NCBI GenBank assembly: GCA_965243505.1 | Contig: CBDEVA010000007.1 | Coordinates: 206,188-270,187, forward strand | Reading direction: 5' to 3' | DNA length: 64,000 nt | Source: Bacteriovoracaceae bacterium | Lineage (GTDB): Bacteria > Bdellovibrionota > Bacteriovoracia > Bacteriovoracales > Bacteriovoracaceae | Part shown: piece by piece, positions 41,634-49,994 of the stretch | How the letters are laid out: each line of letters starts with the position of its first letter | Numbering within the stretch: position 1 is the stretch's first letter | Translations under genes and position numbers: made by a program | The notes under the pieces: model-generated | Databases searched by the model: none | What the model was told of the DNA's origin: nothing | What the model saw: only the letters and a program-made list of their open reading frames with translations

Positions 41634-42218
41634 ATGGAACTTACTATAAATTCATTGTCATGGGCAGTTCCAGGCTATTTAACTATTTGGTTTTACCATA
41701 ATATAACCAAACCAAAACAAAATACTCGAACTATAAGTAATTGGGAATATTTAATAAGCGTTGTATTTATAGCAATAATTACTAATTGGCTCATTAATAT
41801 TCTTAATATAAACCATATAAATAACTACAAAATACTATATCAATCTATTGCAGGAATATTACTTACATTTCTTTATTCTACACTACTATTTTTACTTCCT
41901 AAAAAACATGAAGATAGCTTTATTAACTTCTGTATTGAAAACGAGGGTAAAGCTATATTTTTAACTTTAAGCAATAATAAAGTATATATTGGAATATTAG
42001 TAGAATTCCCTAAAAATATTCAAAATAAAGATCAAACTATTATGATAATGCCTATTGCGAGTGGATATAGAGGGGAAAAAATAGATGGAGATGTAACATG
42101 GAAGACTAGATATTTACAGAATGATGATAATAAATTTATTCAATTAATTATTCCAAAAAGAGAAATTATTACTATATCTTTATGGATTGATGAAGCTGAA
42201 TTTCAATATATTAGTTAA
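41634..42218 (+). CDS. membrane protein with cytoplasmic C-terminal domain, unknown (DUF6338-like impression)
   Basis: Hydrophobic N-terminal half, about 3 helices (LSWAVPGYLTIWFY...). Beta-rich C-terminal half (AIFLTLSNNKVYIGILVEFP). Confidence 0.4.
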   Translation: MELTINSLSWAVPGYLTIWFYHNITKPKQNTRTISNWEYLISVVFIAIITNWLINILNINHINNYKILYQSIAGILLTFLYSTLLFLLPKKHEDSFINFCIENEGKAIFLTLSNNKVYIGILVEFPKNIQNKDQTIMIMPIASGYRGEKIDGDVTWKTRYLQNDDNKFIQLIIPKREIITISLWIDEAEFQYIS

Positions 42219-42277
42219 ACAACACAAAATAATATTCAAATATTTCACCCATAACTTTTGTAAACTTGGAAAAACAA

Positions 42278-42297
42278 GAGGCTACAAATGTAGCCTC
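42278..42297 (+). terminator. stem-loop, possible intrinsic terminator
   Basis: GAGGCTAC-AAAT-GTAGCCTC, a perfect 8-bp stem 60 nt after the stop at 42218. The T-tract is weak. Confidence 0.4.
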
Positions 42298-42540
42298 GTA
42301 ATCTATCTTAGCAATAATAGATGAGATTATTTACATACTAACTTAAATATTAATTAAACAAAGTAATAAAATAATTTATAATATACAATTTACCCTATGC
42401 ACTCAAAATTACACATATATAAATATATTATGCACTGCAATTTATAAACAATTAATAATTAAAGCAAATCAATATGATATTTTCTAAATATCATGCTAAA
42501 TTACTTTTCTAATAATAAAATCATATTTAGGAGGTAATTA

Positions 42541-43188
42541 ATGAAAATCATCAAAAAACTACTAATAACTAGTTTATTAATTTCTATATTTTCTATTTCA
42601 TCAGCAAATGCCATGGAAAGATACTTAGCTACTTTTACAGCAACATGGAGCAAGATAACTCATCCATATATGTTTCCAGCAAATCCACATTTTTCTCCAC
42701 TTGTAGCAGCAACTCATAATAAAAACTTTATGCTGTTTTATCAGGGATCAAAAGCATCAAGAGGTTTAAAAATTGTCGCTGAAACAGGAAATCCAAGAAC
42801 ACTGGTAAGAGAATTAAATAGTAATCAAAATGTAATGCATGTATCTACAGCAATGGGACCATTTAACTCTCCTGGAATGAGCATGGTTTCACTTTTAGCT
42901 AGTGAAGGAGCAGAATATGTTTCAATGGTTACAATGATCGCTCCTAGTCCTGACTGGATTGCTGGAGTTAGCAGATACAAATTAAAAGACGCAAATAATA
43001 ATTGGATTGATAAAAAAATGATTCCTGTATATGCCATTGATGCTGGAACAGATAGCGGAAGAACTTATACATCTGAAGATCTTCCAACAGTTCCACAAGA
43101 GAGAGTTAAGTTAATAACTCAAAAACCATTTGTAAATGACAATGGTAAAGTAATTCCCGTTGGTTTTATAATAATTAAAAGAATGTAA
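42541..43188 (+). CDS. secreted spondin_N-like domain protein
   Basis: Signal peptide LLITSLLISIFSISSANA. TATWSKITHP...PHFSPLVAATHN...MIAPSPDWIAGVS...DAGTDSG pattern. Confidence 0.55.
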   Translation: MKIIKKLLITSLLISIFSISSANAMERYLATFTATWSKITHPYMFPANPHFSPLVAATHNKNFMLFYQGSKASRGLKIVAETGNPRTLVRELNSNQNVMHVSTAMGPFNSPGMSMVSLLASEGAEYVSMVTMIAPSPDWIAGVSRYKLKDANNNWIDKKMIPVYAIDAGTDSGRTYTSEDLPTVPQERVKLITQKPFVNDNGKVIPVGFIIIKRM

Positions 43189-43266
43189 TTAAATTATGCC
43201 TCTCTTGTGATAAATGAGGGAGGTGTGTTTACATTATATTTGGAATAAAACTATAATTATTAATTT

Positions 43267-44274
43267 TTAATAATTCTTGATAATAAGCTCTGTTAATGCT
43301 CCTCTTTTACTTGAATTAGAATTAATAACTCGCCTAGCATGGATTCTCTCAATATTATATTTAAAATAAAGCTTATCAAAAAATGGGTCATTAATATAAT
43401 TTGAAGGGTCAGAATTACTCATCATTTGCATGATGTTTTCTTTATCAAGATGTTCAAATAATTTTGATAGCCTAATTTGTTCGTCATCATCAAATTGCTC
43501 TTTTGAATAGCTCGTAAAATTAGAACTCTTACTAATTGGCCTATAAGGAGGATCATAATAAATAAAAGTATCTTTTGTTATGCAATGTCTTGCCAAAGAG
43601 AAATCTCCAAGAGCAATTGTAGTATTTTGTAGTAGCTTACTAGCTACTTTTATTTTATCTTCAAATAATATTGTAGGATTAGCATATCTACCATGGGGAA
43701 CATTAAAGTGTCCTTTTGAATTAACCCTAAATAAACCGTTAAAACAAGTTCTATTTAAAAATACTGTTTGTGCAGCTCTTTTAGAAATAACATAATTTCT
43801 CTTTATTTCTTGTAGTACATCTGACAGCGATTGATTATATTGCTCTCTAATTTTATAAAATAAATCTTTTCTTTTACTATCATTAAGAGATAAATATTTA
43901 GATTCTATCTTTGAAAGCTCTTTTATAAGAGCATTAGGGTTTGATTTAATAGTATTATATAAAATAATTAATTCGTGATTTTTATCAAAAAGATAAGAAG
44001 ATTTTATTTTGTATTGATTAGCTATATCAAAAAAAACTGCTCCTCCACCTATAAATGGTTCAATATAAGTTTTAATTTTATTGTTTTTTAACTCTTTAGG
44101 ATAATTTTCCCTTAGCACAGGCAGTAGTTGGCCTTTACCTCCAGCCCATTTTAGTATTGGAATACTTTTTTTCACATTAGACTTTTTGTTGGATGAAATA
44201 GTTTCTTTTAAACCTATTATTGAATAGCTATTGGAGCGATGTCTTTTATCGGGTAATAATGATTTTGTAGTCAT
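43267..44274 (-). CDS. dam: Dam-family (D12 class) N6-adenine DNA methyltransferase
   Basis: KWAGGK, motif I EPFIGGGAVFF, and motif IV YYDPPY, in alpha-class order. Confidence 0.85.
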   Translation of the reverse strand: MTTKSLLPDKRHRSNSYSIIGLKETISSNKKSNVKKSIPILKWAGGKGQLLPVLRENYPKELKNNKIKTYIEPFIGGGAVFFDIANQYKIKSSYLFDKNHELIILYNTIKSNPNALIKELSKIESKYLSLNDSKRKDLFYKIREQYNQSLSDVLQEIKRNYVISKRAAQTVFLNRTCFNGLFRVNSKGHFNVPHGRYANPTILFEDKIKVASKLLQNTTIALGDFSLARHCITKDTFIYYDPPYRPISKSSNFTSYSKEQFDDDEQIRLSKLFEHLDKENIMQMMSNSDPSNYINDPFFDKLYFKYNIERIHARRVINSNSSKRGALTELIIKNY

Positions 44275-44292
44275 AATATTTACTCCTTTCTT

Positions 44293-44910
44293 TTAGTTAA
44301 GCGGAGGTAAAACAGTCTCTAAAAACTTTGTTCTTGCATAAAAAGCACGACTAGTACTTCCATGACCAGTACCTTTAGTTCTAGGCTGAATATACCTACC
44401 CATCTTTCCTGTCAATGAATCAAAACCTTCTTTTTCAATTTTGACACGAACTAATTCATAATCTTCTTTTACTATATTATATGCTTCACCCTCTAATTTT
44501 ACTTCATTAATAGAATGAATATATGTTGGATCTAAAAAAGTTGCTCCAACTGTTCTGGTAACAATTATAATTCTTTTTAGTTTTACCAGAAGATGACTAT
44601 CTTCAAATGGGGTTTTTAATACATTTACTGGATCTATCATAGTTACTGCCATTGTTTCTTTATAAGTCAAAGAACCATCTTTTCGCCATTTCAACGGTAT
44701 GAGTTTTAACTCCCAAGAGCCAAGGTTTGGTTCTCTTGATGAATTAAGAGGTAATCCAAGCTCTCTTTCTAAAATATGTCCTGCCCATCCCTTATTAGCC
44801 TTTCCAGTTTTAGAGTTTACTATAGTTACATCTAGATGATTTTTACCTAATTGATGCAAATCACTTCCAACAAGAGAAGATAGCTTTTCTATAGCTTTAA
44901 CTCTTTCCAT
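44293..44910 (-). CDS. MutH/Sau3AI-family GATC endonuclease-like protein
   Basis: NKGWAGHILERELGL, E-x6-E-L-K (REPNLGSWELK), RYIQPRTKG and RAFYARTKF align by eye with E. coli MutH (KGWIGVLLEIWLG, DFAALGVELK, YLQIRPKA, RGFYLKKNF). Confidence 0.7.
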   Translation of the reverse strand: MERVKAIEKLSSLVGSDLHQLGKNHLDVTIVNSKTGKANKGWAGHILERELGLPLNSSREPNLGSWELKLIPLKWRKDGSLTYKETMAVTMIDPVNVLKTPFEDSHLLVKLKRIIIVTRTVGATFLDPTYIHSINEVKLEGEAYNIVKEDYELVRVKIEKEGFDSLTGKMGRYIQPRTKGTGHGSTSRAFYARTKFLETVLPPLN

Positions 44911-45168
44911 ATTAATAAGAGACTACTAACTATTTAGTTTGGAGTAAAATAGGTATTTCAAATATGAAATAAAGCTGTTGATAACCCACTAAGTCATAGG
45001 ATAATTAAAACAAAATTAAGATGTTACTAATGTAGATTCTACCTATCTTTCAATAAGATATTTAGAAAAGACTCTTTGCATTGTCTATAGATATAAATTA
45101 TTCCTGAAAGAAATATTCTATTTATTGAAACAAAGTTTTATACTACTTATTTCATTAAAGAAAATACA

Positions 45169-46044
45169 ATGATAAACAATAAAAAAACCTTTATTAATAA
45201 ATATAGAATTGATAAGTTTCTATCTATGCTATCAGAAAATATAAACTATGATGAATATCGAAAAAATTTAGAAGAAAAATTAAAAAGTATAATTTTAAAA
45301 CAAAAAAATCTAGAATTAGAAAGATTTTTTGAAGATACTTTTTATTTTTTTTCATATAGTGTTGACTCTCTATTAAAAAATGTTGATGAAGATCAAAAAC
45401 AGATACTAACATGGATATCTTCTGCTATTATTCAAATTCACGATATATTAAGAAGCACTAAAATAAATCAAGAGCTTCTTCTCCTCACATCATCTGTCTC
45501 AAACTATAGGATATCAATTGAAATTGAATTTCAGCTAAAATATATTTTTAAAAATGAAAAATCTCAAGAACTAGCAGAGAGATTTTATTTATTCGGTATG
45601 TATGAACAACTTAGACATCATAATAAAAAGCTAAAAGAAAATCCTAACTATAAATGCCCTAATACTTTCAAATCAGACGAAACAGCTAAAATATTATACA
45701 AAAAATGTCCTGATTGGTTTGATAATTCTAAAATCATTAAATTAAAAAATATTAAAAATTTTTTGAACAAACCAATAGAAAAAATAGCAAGATTTATAGG
45801 AGAAGATGAGTATAAAGAATATTTAACTTACAAAAGTTTATCTAAAATTATTCATGCGTCATCAATAAGCCAAAACATTTATAAAGATAATTTAGTTAAT
45901 AGCTCAGAAAACATCACTATGTTTAATAAGAATACAGTATACCATTGTTTAAGTATAATTAAAATTATCTACAGCCAATTTTCATCTAAAAACTTTGATG
46001 AGGAAAGATATTGCAACCTAATAAGTAGAATTATAAAAGTCTAA
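45169..46044 (+). CDS. all-helical protein, unknown function
   Basis: 291-aa ORF with no recognised catalytic motif. Convergent with the retron RT. Confidence 0.35.
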   Translation: MINNKKTFINKYRIDKFLSMLSENINYDEYRKNLEEKLKSIILKQKNLELERFFEDTFYFFSYSVDSLLKNVDEDQKQILTWISSAIIQIHDILRSTKINQELLLLTSSVSNYRISIEIEFQLKYIFKNEKSQELAERFYLFGMYEQLRHHNKKLKENPNYKCPNTFKSDETAKILYKKCPDWFDNSKIIKLKNIKNFLNKPIEKIARFIGEDEYKEYLTYKSLSKIIHASSISQNIYKDNLVNSSENITMFNKNTVYHCLSIIKIIYSQFSSKNFDEERYCNLISRIIKV

Positions 46045-46076
46045 ACAAACCACTATTAAAATTATTAATAACATTA

Positions 46077-47765
46077 CTAATTGTATATTCGTAGTTTGTA
46101 ATCGTCTATAACTTCCTGTATTATATAGATAAGATACTTAAAGTTATCAAAGTTGATCTTTTCCCAATTAGGCTTAATAACTTTTTCTGCAAATACTTGT
46201 TTACCATAATATTTGTTACTATCAAATTTGCTGTCCGGATTAAAGGTTTTTCCTTCTAAAACAGTTTTTTTTGTTTTTTCATCAAAATAGGTTTCAATTG
46301 TAGTACTATTTTCATTTGATAATTTTGGAAGCAACACAAAATATACATTGTCAAATAGATATAAAAATTTTTCTTTCGTTTTATTATTATTAATATTTTT
46401 ACTGAACATTTTTTCTCCTTCTTTATCGTTATCTAACAACATAATAACTGGAAACTTTCTATCTTTATCGGATGTTTTTATTTTAACTTCTTTATATGTA
46501 TTAATTATGTGATTAAATCCTGAAACTCCTCCCGGATGTAATACTGCTAACATTGATGAAGACATATTAAAAAAATTTAATTTCCAATAAAAGTCATCGT
46601 ATTCTCTTCTTTCAACTATTTTAGGAAAATTATTAGCTAAGTTTTTTAATGCACTTTTTATATGAATAACATCTGTCTTTCCCTCACATATTATCAAAGG
46701 CCTTTCTATTCTATGAAATTTTTCAAAACATATAAATTTTTTAATTACCTTACATATACCTTTAGAATATTTTTTCCCAGAACTTCTTTTTACATGGTAT
46801 ATGTAACTCAACATACCTCTAAGCTGTTCTATATATCCATATATAGGTGTTATCTTTGACCTTTGAGAGATTTCACAAAAATCTCTCTTGTTACCAATAA
46901 TGAAATATCCTTTCTTAAGCAAAGAGTCACTCATTGCTCTAACCTTTCTATAGTATGCACTAGGAATATTTACTTTTTTGTTTACAACTAAACCTGTAAC
47001 TTTTTGCCGATTTACACGATACTGCATTGATACTTTTCTAGGGTTTATTTCAAATCCAGAAAACTCAATAATCTTAAATAAGTCTAGACTAGGTTTCCAA
47101 GTATGATGTTCTCTAGTTGCAATTTCCTTAGGAAATTCTTTTTTATTTGTTGAAAAAGTTATATCATCTGCATATCTAGAGTATGAACAACCTGTCTTTT
47201 TAGCCAATCGCAAAAGATGAATATCTAATATATGTCCTATAAGATTTGAAATAATTGGTGAACTTGGAGAACCTTGTGGTAATTCATTATTATGACATAC
47301 AATTTGAGCAATAATAGTCGCAACTCTATCATTAAGACTAAAATTTCTATCGTTTATAAAGTAACCTCTAACTCTTCCAAAGTTAATTGATGGGAAAAAA
47401 TCTTTTAAATCTATATTAAAAACATATTGTTTTTTAAGATGCATTTGAGCATTTGTAATTATTGAATACTTTTTTCTAAATCCATGTGAAAGAGTGTTTC
47501 TAAAAAGCTCTTCAAAACAATCTTCCATTAGCTCCGATACTCTAGACTGCAAATGTTTTAGTTTTTCTTGTGGAGCTTTTATTATCCTAAATTGACCATT
47601 AGATTTTAAAATATTAAATTCAGTATATTTTTCATTTTCAGGAATTTTATAGAGGATATAAGACATACCACTAGGAGTATATCCAAGTAAACTAGCAAGA
47701 TCGCCAAGGCTTCTAGATAATCTAAGTTTTTGAATTTTATCCTGAACAATTGTAGTAGATTTCAT
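46077..47765 (-). CDS. retron-type reverse transcriptase fused to a C-terminal TOPRIM domain
   Basis: LPQGSPSSP, YADD (aa 198-201), retron-typical VTG (aa 256-258). TOPRIM Glu in IICEGKTD (aa 361) and DxD in LLDNDKEG (aa 445-447). Confidence 0.85.
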   Translation of the reverse strand: MKSTTIVQDKIQKLRLSRSLGDLASLLGYTPSGMSYILYKIPENEKYTEFNILKSNGQFRIIKAPQEKLKHLQSRVSELMEDCFEELFRNTLSHGFRKKYSIITNAQMHLKKQYVFNIDLKDFFPSINFGRVRGYFINDRNFSLNDRVATIIAQIVCHNNELPQGSPSSPIISNLIGHILDIHLLRLAKKTGCSYSRYADDITFSTNKKEFPKEIATREHHTWKPSLDLFKIIEFSGFEINPRKVSMQYRVNRQKVTGLVVNKKVNIPSAYYRKVRAMSDSLLKKGYFIIGNKRDFCEISQRSKITPIYGYIEQLRGMLSYIYHVKRSSGKKYSKGICKVIKKFICFEKFHRIERPLIICEGKTDVIHIKSALKNLANNFPKIVERREYDDFYWKLNFFNMSSSMLAVLHPGGVSGFNHIINTYKEVKIKTSDKDRKFPVIMLLDNDKEGEKMFSKNINNNKTKEKFLYLFDNVYFVLLPKLSNENSTTIETYFDEKTKKTVLEGKTFNPDSKFDSNKYYGKQVFAEKVIKPNWEKINFDNFKYLIYIIQEVIDDYKLRIYN

Positions 47766-47778
47766 GTTAATTATAAAA

Positions 47779-47789
47779 GCTTGCAGATA
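47779..47789 (-). repeat. a2 inverted repeat (TATCTGCAAGC on minus strand)
   Basis: Exact reverse complement of 47906-47916. Confidence 0.7.
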
Positions 47790-47905
47790 CTCCTATGCGA
47801 AAAGCCTTACCATTGAGACGGTAATAAAAGATTCAAAGCGTATAAACCAGCACAAAACTCGGTTTAACATTGGTTTCCCATGTTGAGAAGCTCAACAATA
47901 AAATC

Positions 47906-47916
47906 TATCTGCAAGC
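47906..47916 (-). repeat. a1 inverted repeat (GCTTGCAGATA on minus strand)
   Basis: Exact reverse complement of 47779-47789. Confidence 0.7.
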
Positions 47917-48127
47917 AAGTTCTTACTATCACTACTATTATATAATTGCAATTATAAGTAACATAGAATGGCTATATGCATATAACATAAATTATGTCTA
48001 ATATAATCAAGGATAAAATTATTTGTAATATATAAATATGTCCATTAAATAAAAAAATGTTGCTAGCAAATTCAAAATAAAATTTTTAATTATATAGAAT
48101 TTAAATTTACGACTAAATCAATAATAA

Positions 48128-48718
48128 TTATTTTACAACTTCAGGAAAAACTCCCAATATAAGCACTGGTATATCTATATTAGAAGTCCCTCTTTTTTCT
48201 AAATCCCAAACAAATTGCTCAAAGTACGATACGCCTGAAGACATATTATCAGCCATTCCCTTAACAGGAACGACTTCTATTCCTGCACTAATAACGCCAA
48301 GATTGCTAAAAATAGTCATTTTTGCACATACATTGTAAACCATAAAAGCATACTTACCAAATTGAATTTCTACTCCTAATTTGTTTTTTACAAAATCCAT
48401 ATCTCTAAAAGCCCCACTGTTTAAAGGTTTAGGAGAATATTCATTTGTGTAGTAATTAGTTGGATAATCACATTTTTCTCTATGAGATACCCATCCTTTT
48501 TTAAAAAAGCCATTTTTGAATTTATCATTTAAGGAAGCAGGACTATACAGAAGCTTTCCTTTCATAGTCTTTTCCTTACTGACTTTATCAAAGCATTTTG
48601 ATGCATCTACATAATTGATAACATTATAAACTTCTGCTAGTTGGTCAGGAAAGTTTTTAGTTATATAATCCTTTCCATTATTTAAACTATATTCAGCGGC
48701 AATAATCATTAAATCCAT
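48128..48718 (-). CDS. BglII/BstYI-family type II restriction endonuclease-like protein
   Basis: DMDFVKNKLGVEIQFGKYAF and MSSGVSYFEQ...IDIPVLILGV resemble, from memory, BglII DIDFGKRDTLVEVQFSNYPF and SSLYYEQ...FDVPIRLVGL. Overlaps the MTase gene by 10 nt. Confidence 0.6.
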   Translation of the reverse strand: MDLMIIAAEYSLNNGKDYITKNFPDQLAEVYNVINYVDASKCFDKVSKEKTMKGKLLYSPASLNDKFKNGFFKKGWVSHREKCDYPTNYYTNEYSPKPLNSGAFRDMDFVKNKLGVEIQFGKYAFMVYNVCAKMTIFSNLGVISAGIEVVPVKGMADNMSSGVSYFEQFVWDLEKRGTSNIDIPVLILGVFPEVVK

Positions 48719-49647
48719 TCCTTAGGAATCTGAGAAACCTTTTCCTTGCCACTAGGAACATGAATTGGTTTTCCTAATGGACGAATTTTTAAGTTTCCAG
48801 AACAAAAATTTTTAATACGCTCTCTAGCAATCTTTGAATAATTAGAATCCTTATCCACAGAAATTCCTATTCTATCGTGTTTAACAGAAGCAATTAATGT
48901 TGATCCAACTCCTCCAAAAGGATCAAGAACCCAGTCATTTTTATCAGTAAAAGCCAAAACACAACGCTCTATAAGCTCTATAGGAAATTGACATGGGTGA
49001 ATTGTTTTTTCTGGGTGGTTAGACTTTACATTAGGAATATCAATAACTCCTAAATCAAATTCATTTTGCATTAACTCCCAATAATCTGAGGGATTTTTTC
49101 CTTTAGGATTTCCACTTAAAAGTCCTTTTTTGTTTCCTTTAAAATGTCTTTTTCCAGGATATTTTGATGGAACTCTAATATTATCAAGATTGAATGTATA
49201 ATCATCTGATTTAGTAAACCATAATAAAGTTTCATATCTTCCTGATAAACGCTTGCTAGCATGAAGACCATGGTTAAAATGCCAAATTATTCTGTTTCGT
49301 AATTTCAAATTTAACTTTTTAAATATTGGATAGAAAAAGATATCCAAAGGGAAAACCTCTCCTTTATCAACAAAGTTTCCAACTTGCCAACAAAAACTTC
49401 CTTTGGGATGTAATAGACTTGCTAGTTTAGAAATAATTTCTTCTTGCCAACATATATAGGTATCTAAATCCTGTTTTTTTTCATAAACTTTTCCAATATT
49501 ATAAGGAGGTGATGAAATAATTAACTTAAAAAAATTCTTTGGAAGTTCTTTTGAAAACTTTAAAATATCTTTCGTAATTATAGCACTATTTTTTTTATTA
49601 AACTCACTACAAACAGTTAACTTCTTTTCAAAAATATTTAATTGCAT
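48709..49647 (-). CDS. beta-class N4-cytosine/N6-adenine DNA methyltransferase (SPPY type)
   Basis: Motif IV IISSPPY near the N-terminus and motif I VLDPFGGVGST near the C-terminus. SPPY favours N4-cytosine. Confidence 0.85.
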   Translation of the reverse strand: MQLNIFEKKLTVCSEFNKKNSAIITKDILKFSKELPKNFFKLIISSPPYNIGKVYEKKQDLDTYICWQEEIISKLASLLHPKGSFCWQVGNFVDKGEVFPLDIFFYPIFKKLNLKLRNRIIWHFNHGLHASKRLSGRYETLLWFTKSDDYTFNLDNIRVPSKYPGKRHFKGNKKGLLSGNPKGKNPSDYWELMQNEFDLGVIDIPNVKSNHPEKTIHPCQFPIELIERCVLAFTDKNDWVLDPFGGVGSTLIASVKHDRIGISVDKDSNYSKIARERIKNFCSGNLKIRPLGKPIHVPSGKEKVSQIPKEWI

Positions 49648-49994
49648 CTTATCCCTCTTTATTTTTTAATCATATTAATTACAATTTTTACTTAATTTAT
49701 ATATTAATCAGTATTTTGAGCAGCACCCTTTCCACATAATCCCAAGAAAAAATGATATTGCAAATATGAAATTCAAAAATGATGTAATACTAAAAAATAA
49801 ATGACTTATGCCAAATTAAAAGGTTTATTTTGCGGTGTCCAAAAAGTTAATTTACACAACAGTTGACTTCTACAATAAAACTACTTAACTAGTAATCTAA
49901 AGATATGCTGTCTAATTAACTGGAAGTTATTGTCTTAGTAATTAAGATAATAACCAGTAGCTTAAGATAAATAAATTAGGAAATAGGGTAAAAA

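Larger units (their letters stand above)
47779..47916 (-). ncRNA. retron msr-msd non-coding RNA locus (a1 to a2)
   Basis: Perfect 11-nt inverted repeats at both ends. G at 47905 immediately 3' of a1. Internal hairpins (47881-47897, 47844-47876, 47806-47826). a2 ends 13 nt before the RT ATG. Confidence 0.6.

Noticed and set aside
42396-42436. 8-nt direct repeat TATGCACT (42396-42403 and 42429-42436) upstream of the spondin-like gene, considered as an operator.
   Set aside because: It is too short to distinguish from chance in this composition, and there is no adjacent regulator gene.
45169-46044. Treating the 291-aa helical protein as the retron accessory/effector gene.
   Set aside because: It is on the opposite strand, convergent with the RT, whereas retron effectors are co-transcribed with the RT. 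The RT already carries a fused TOPRIM domain.
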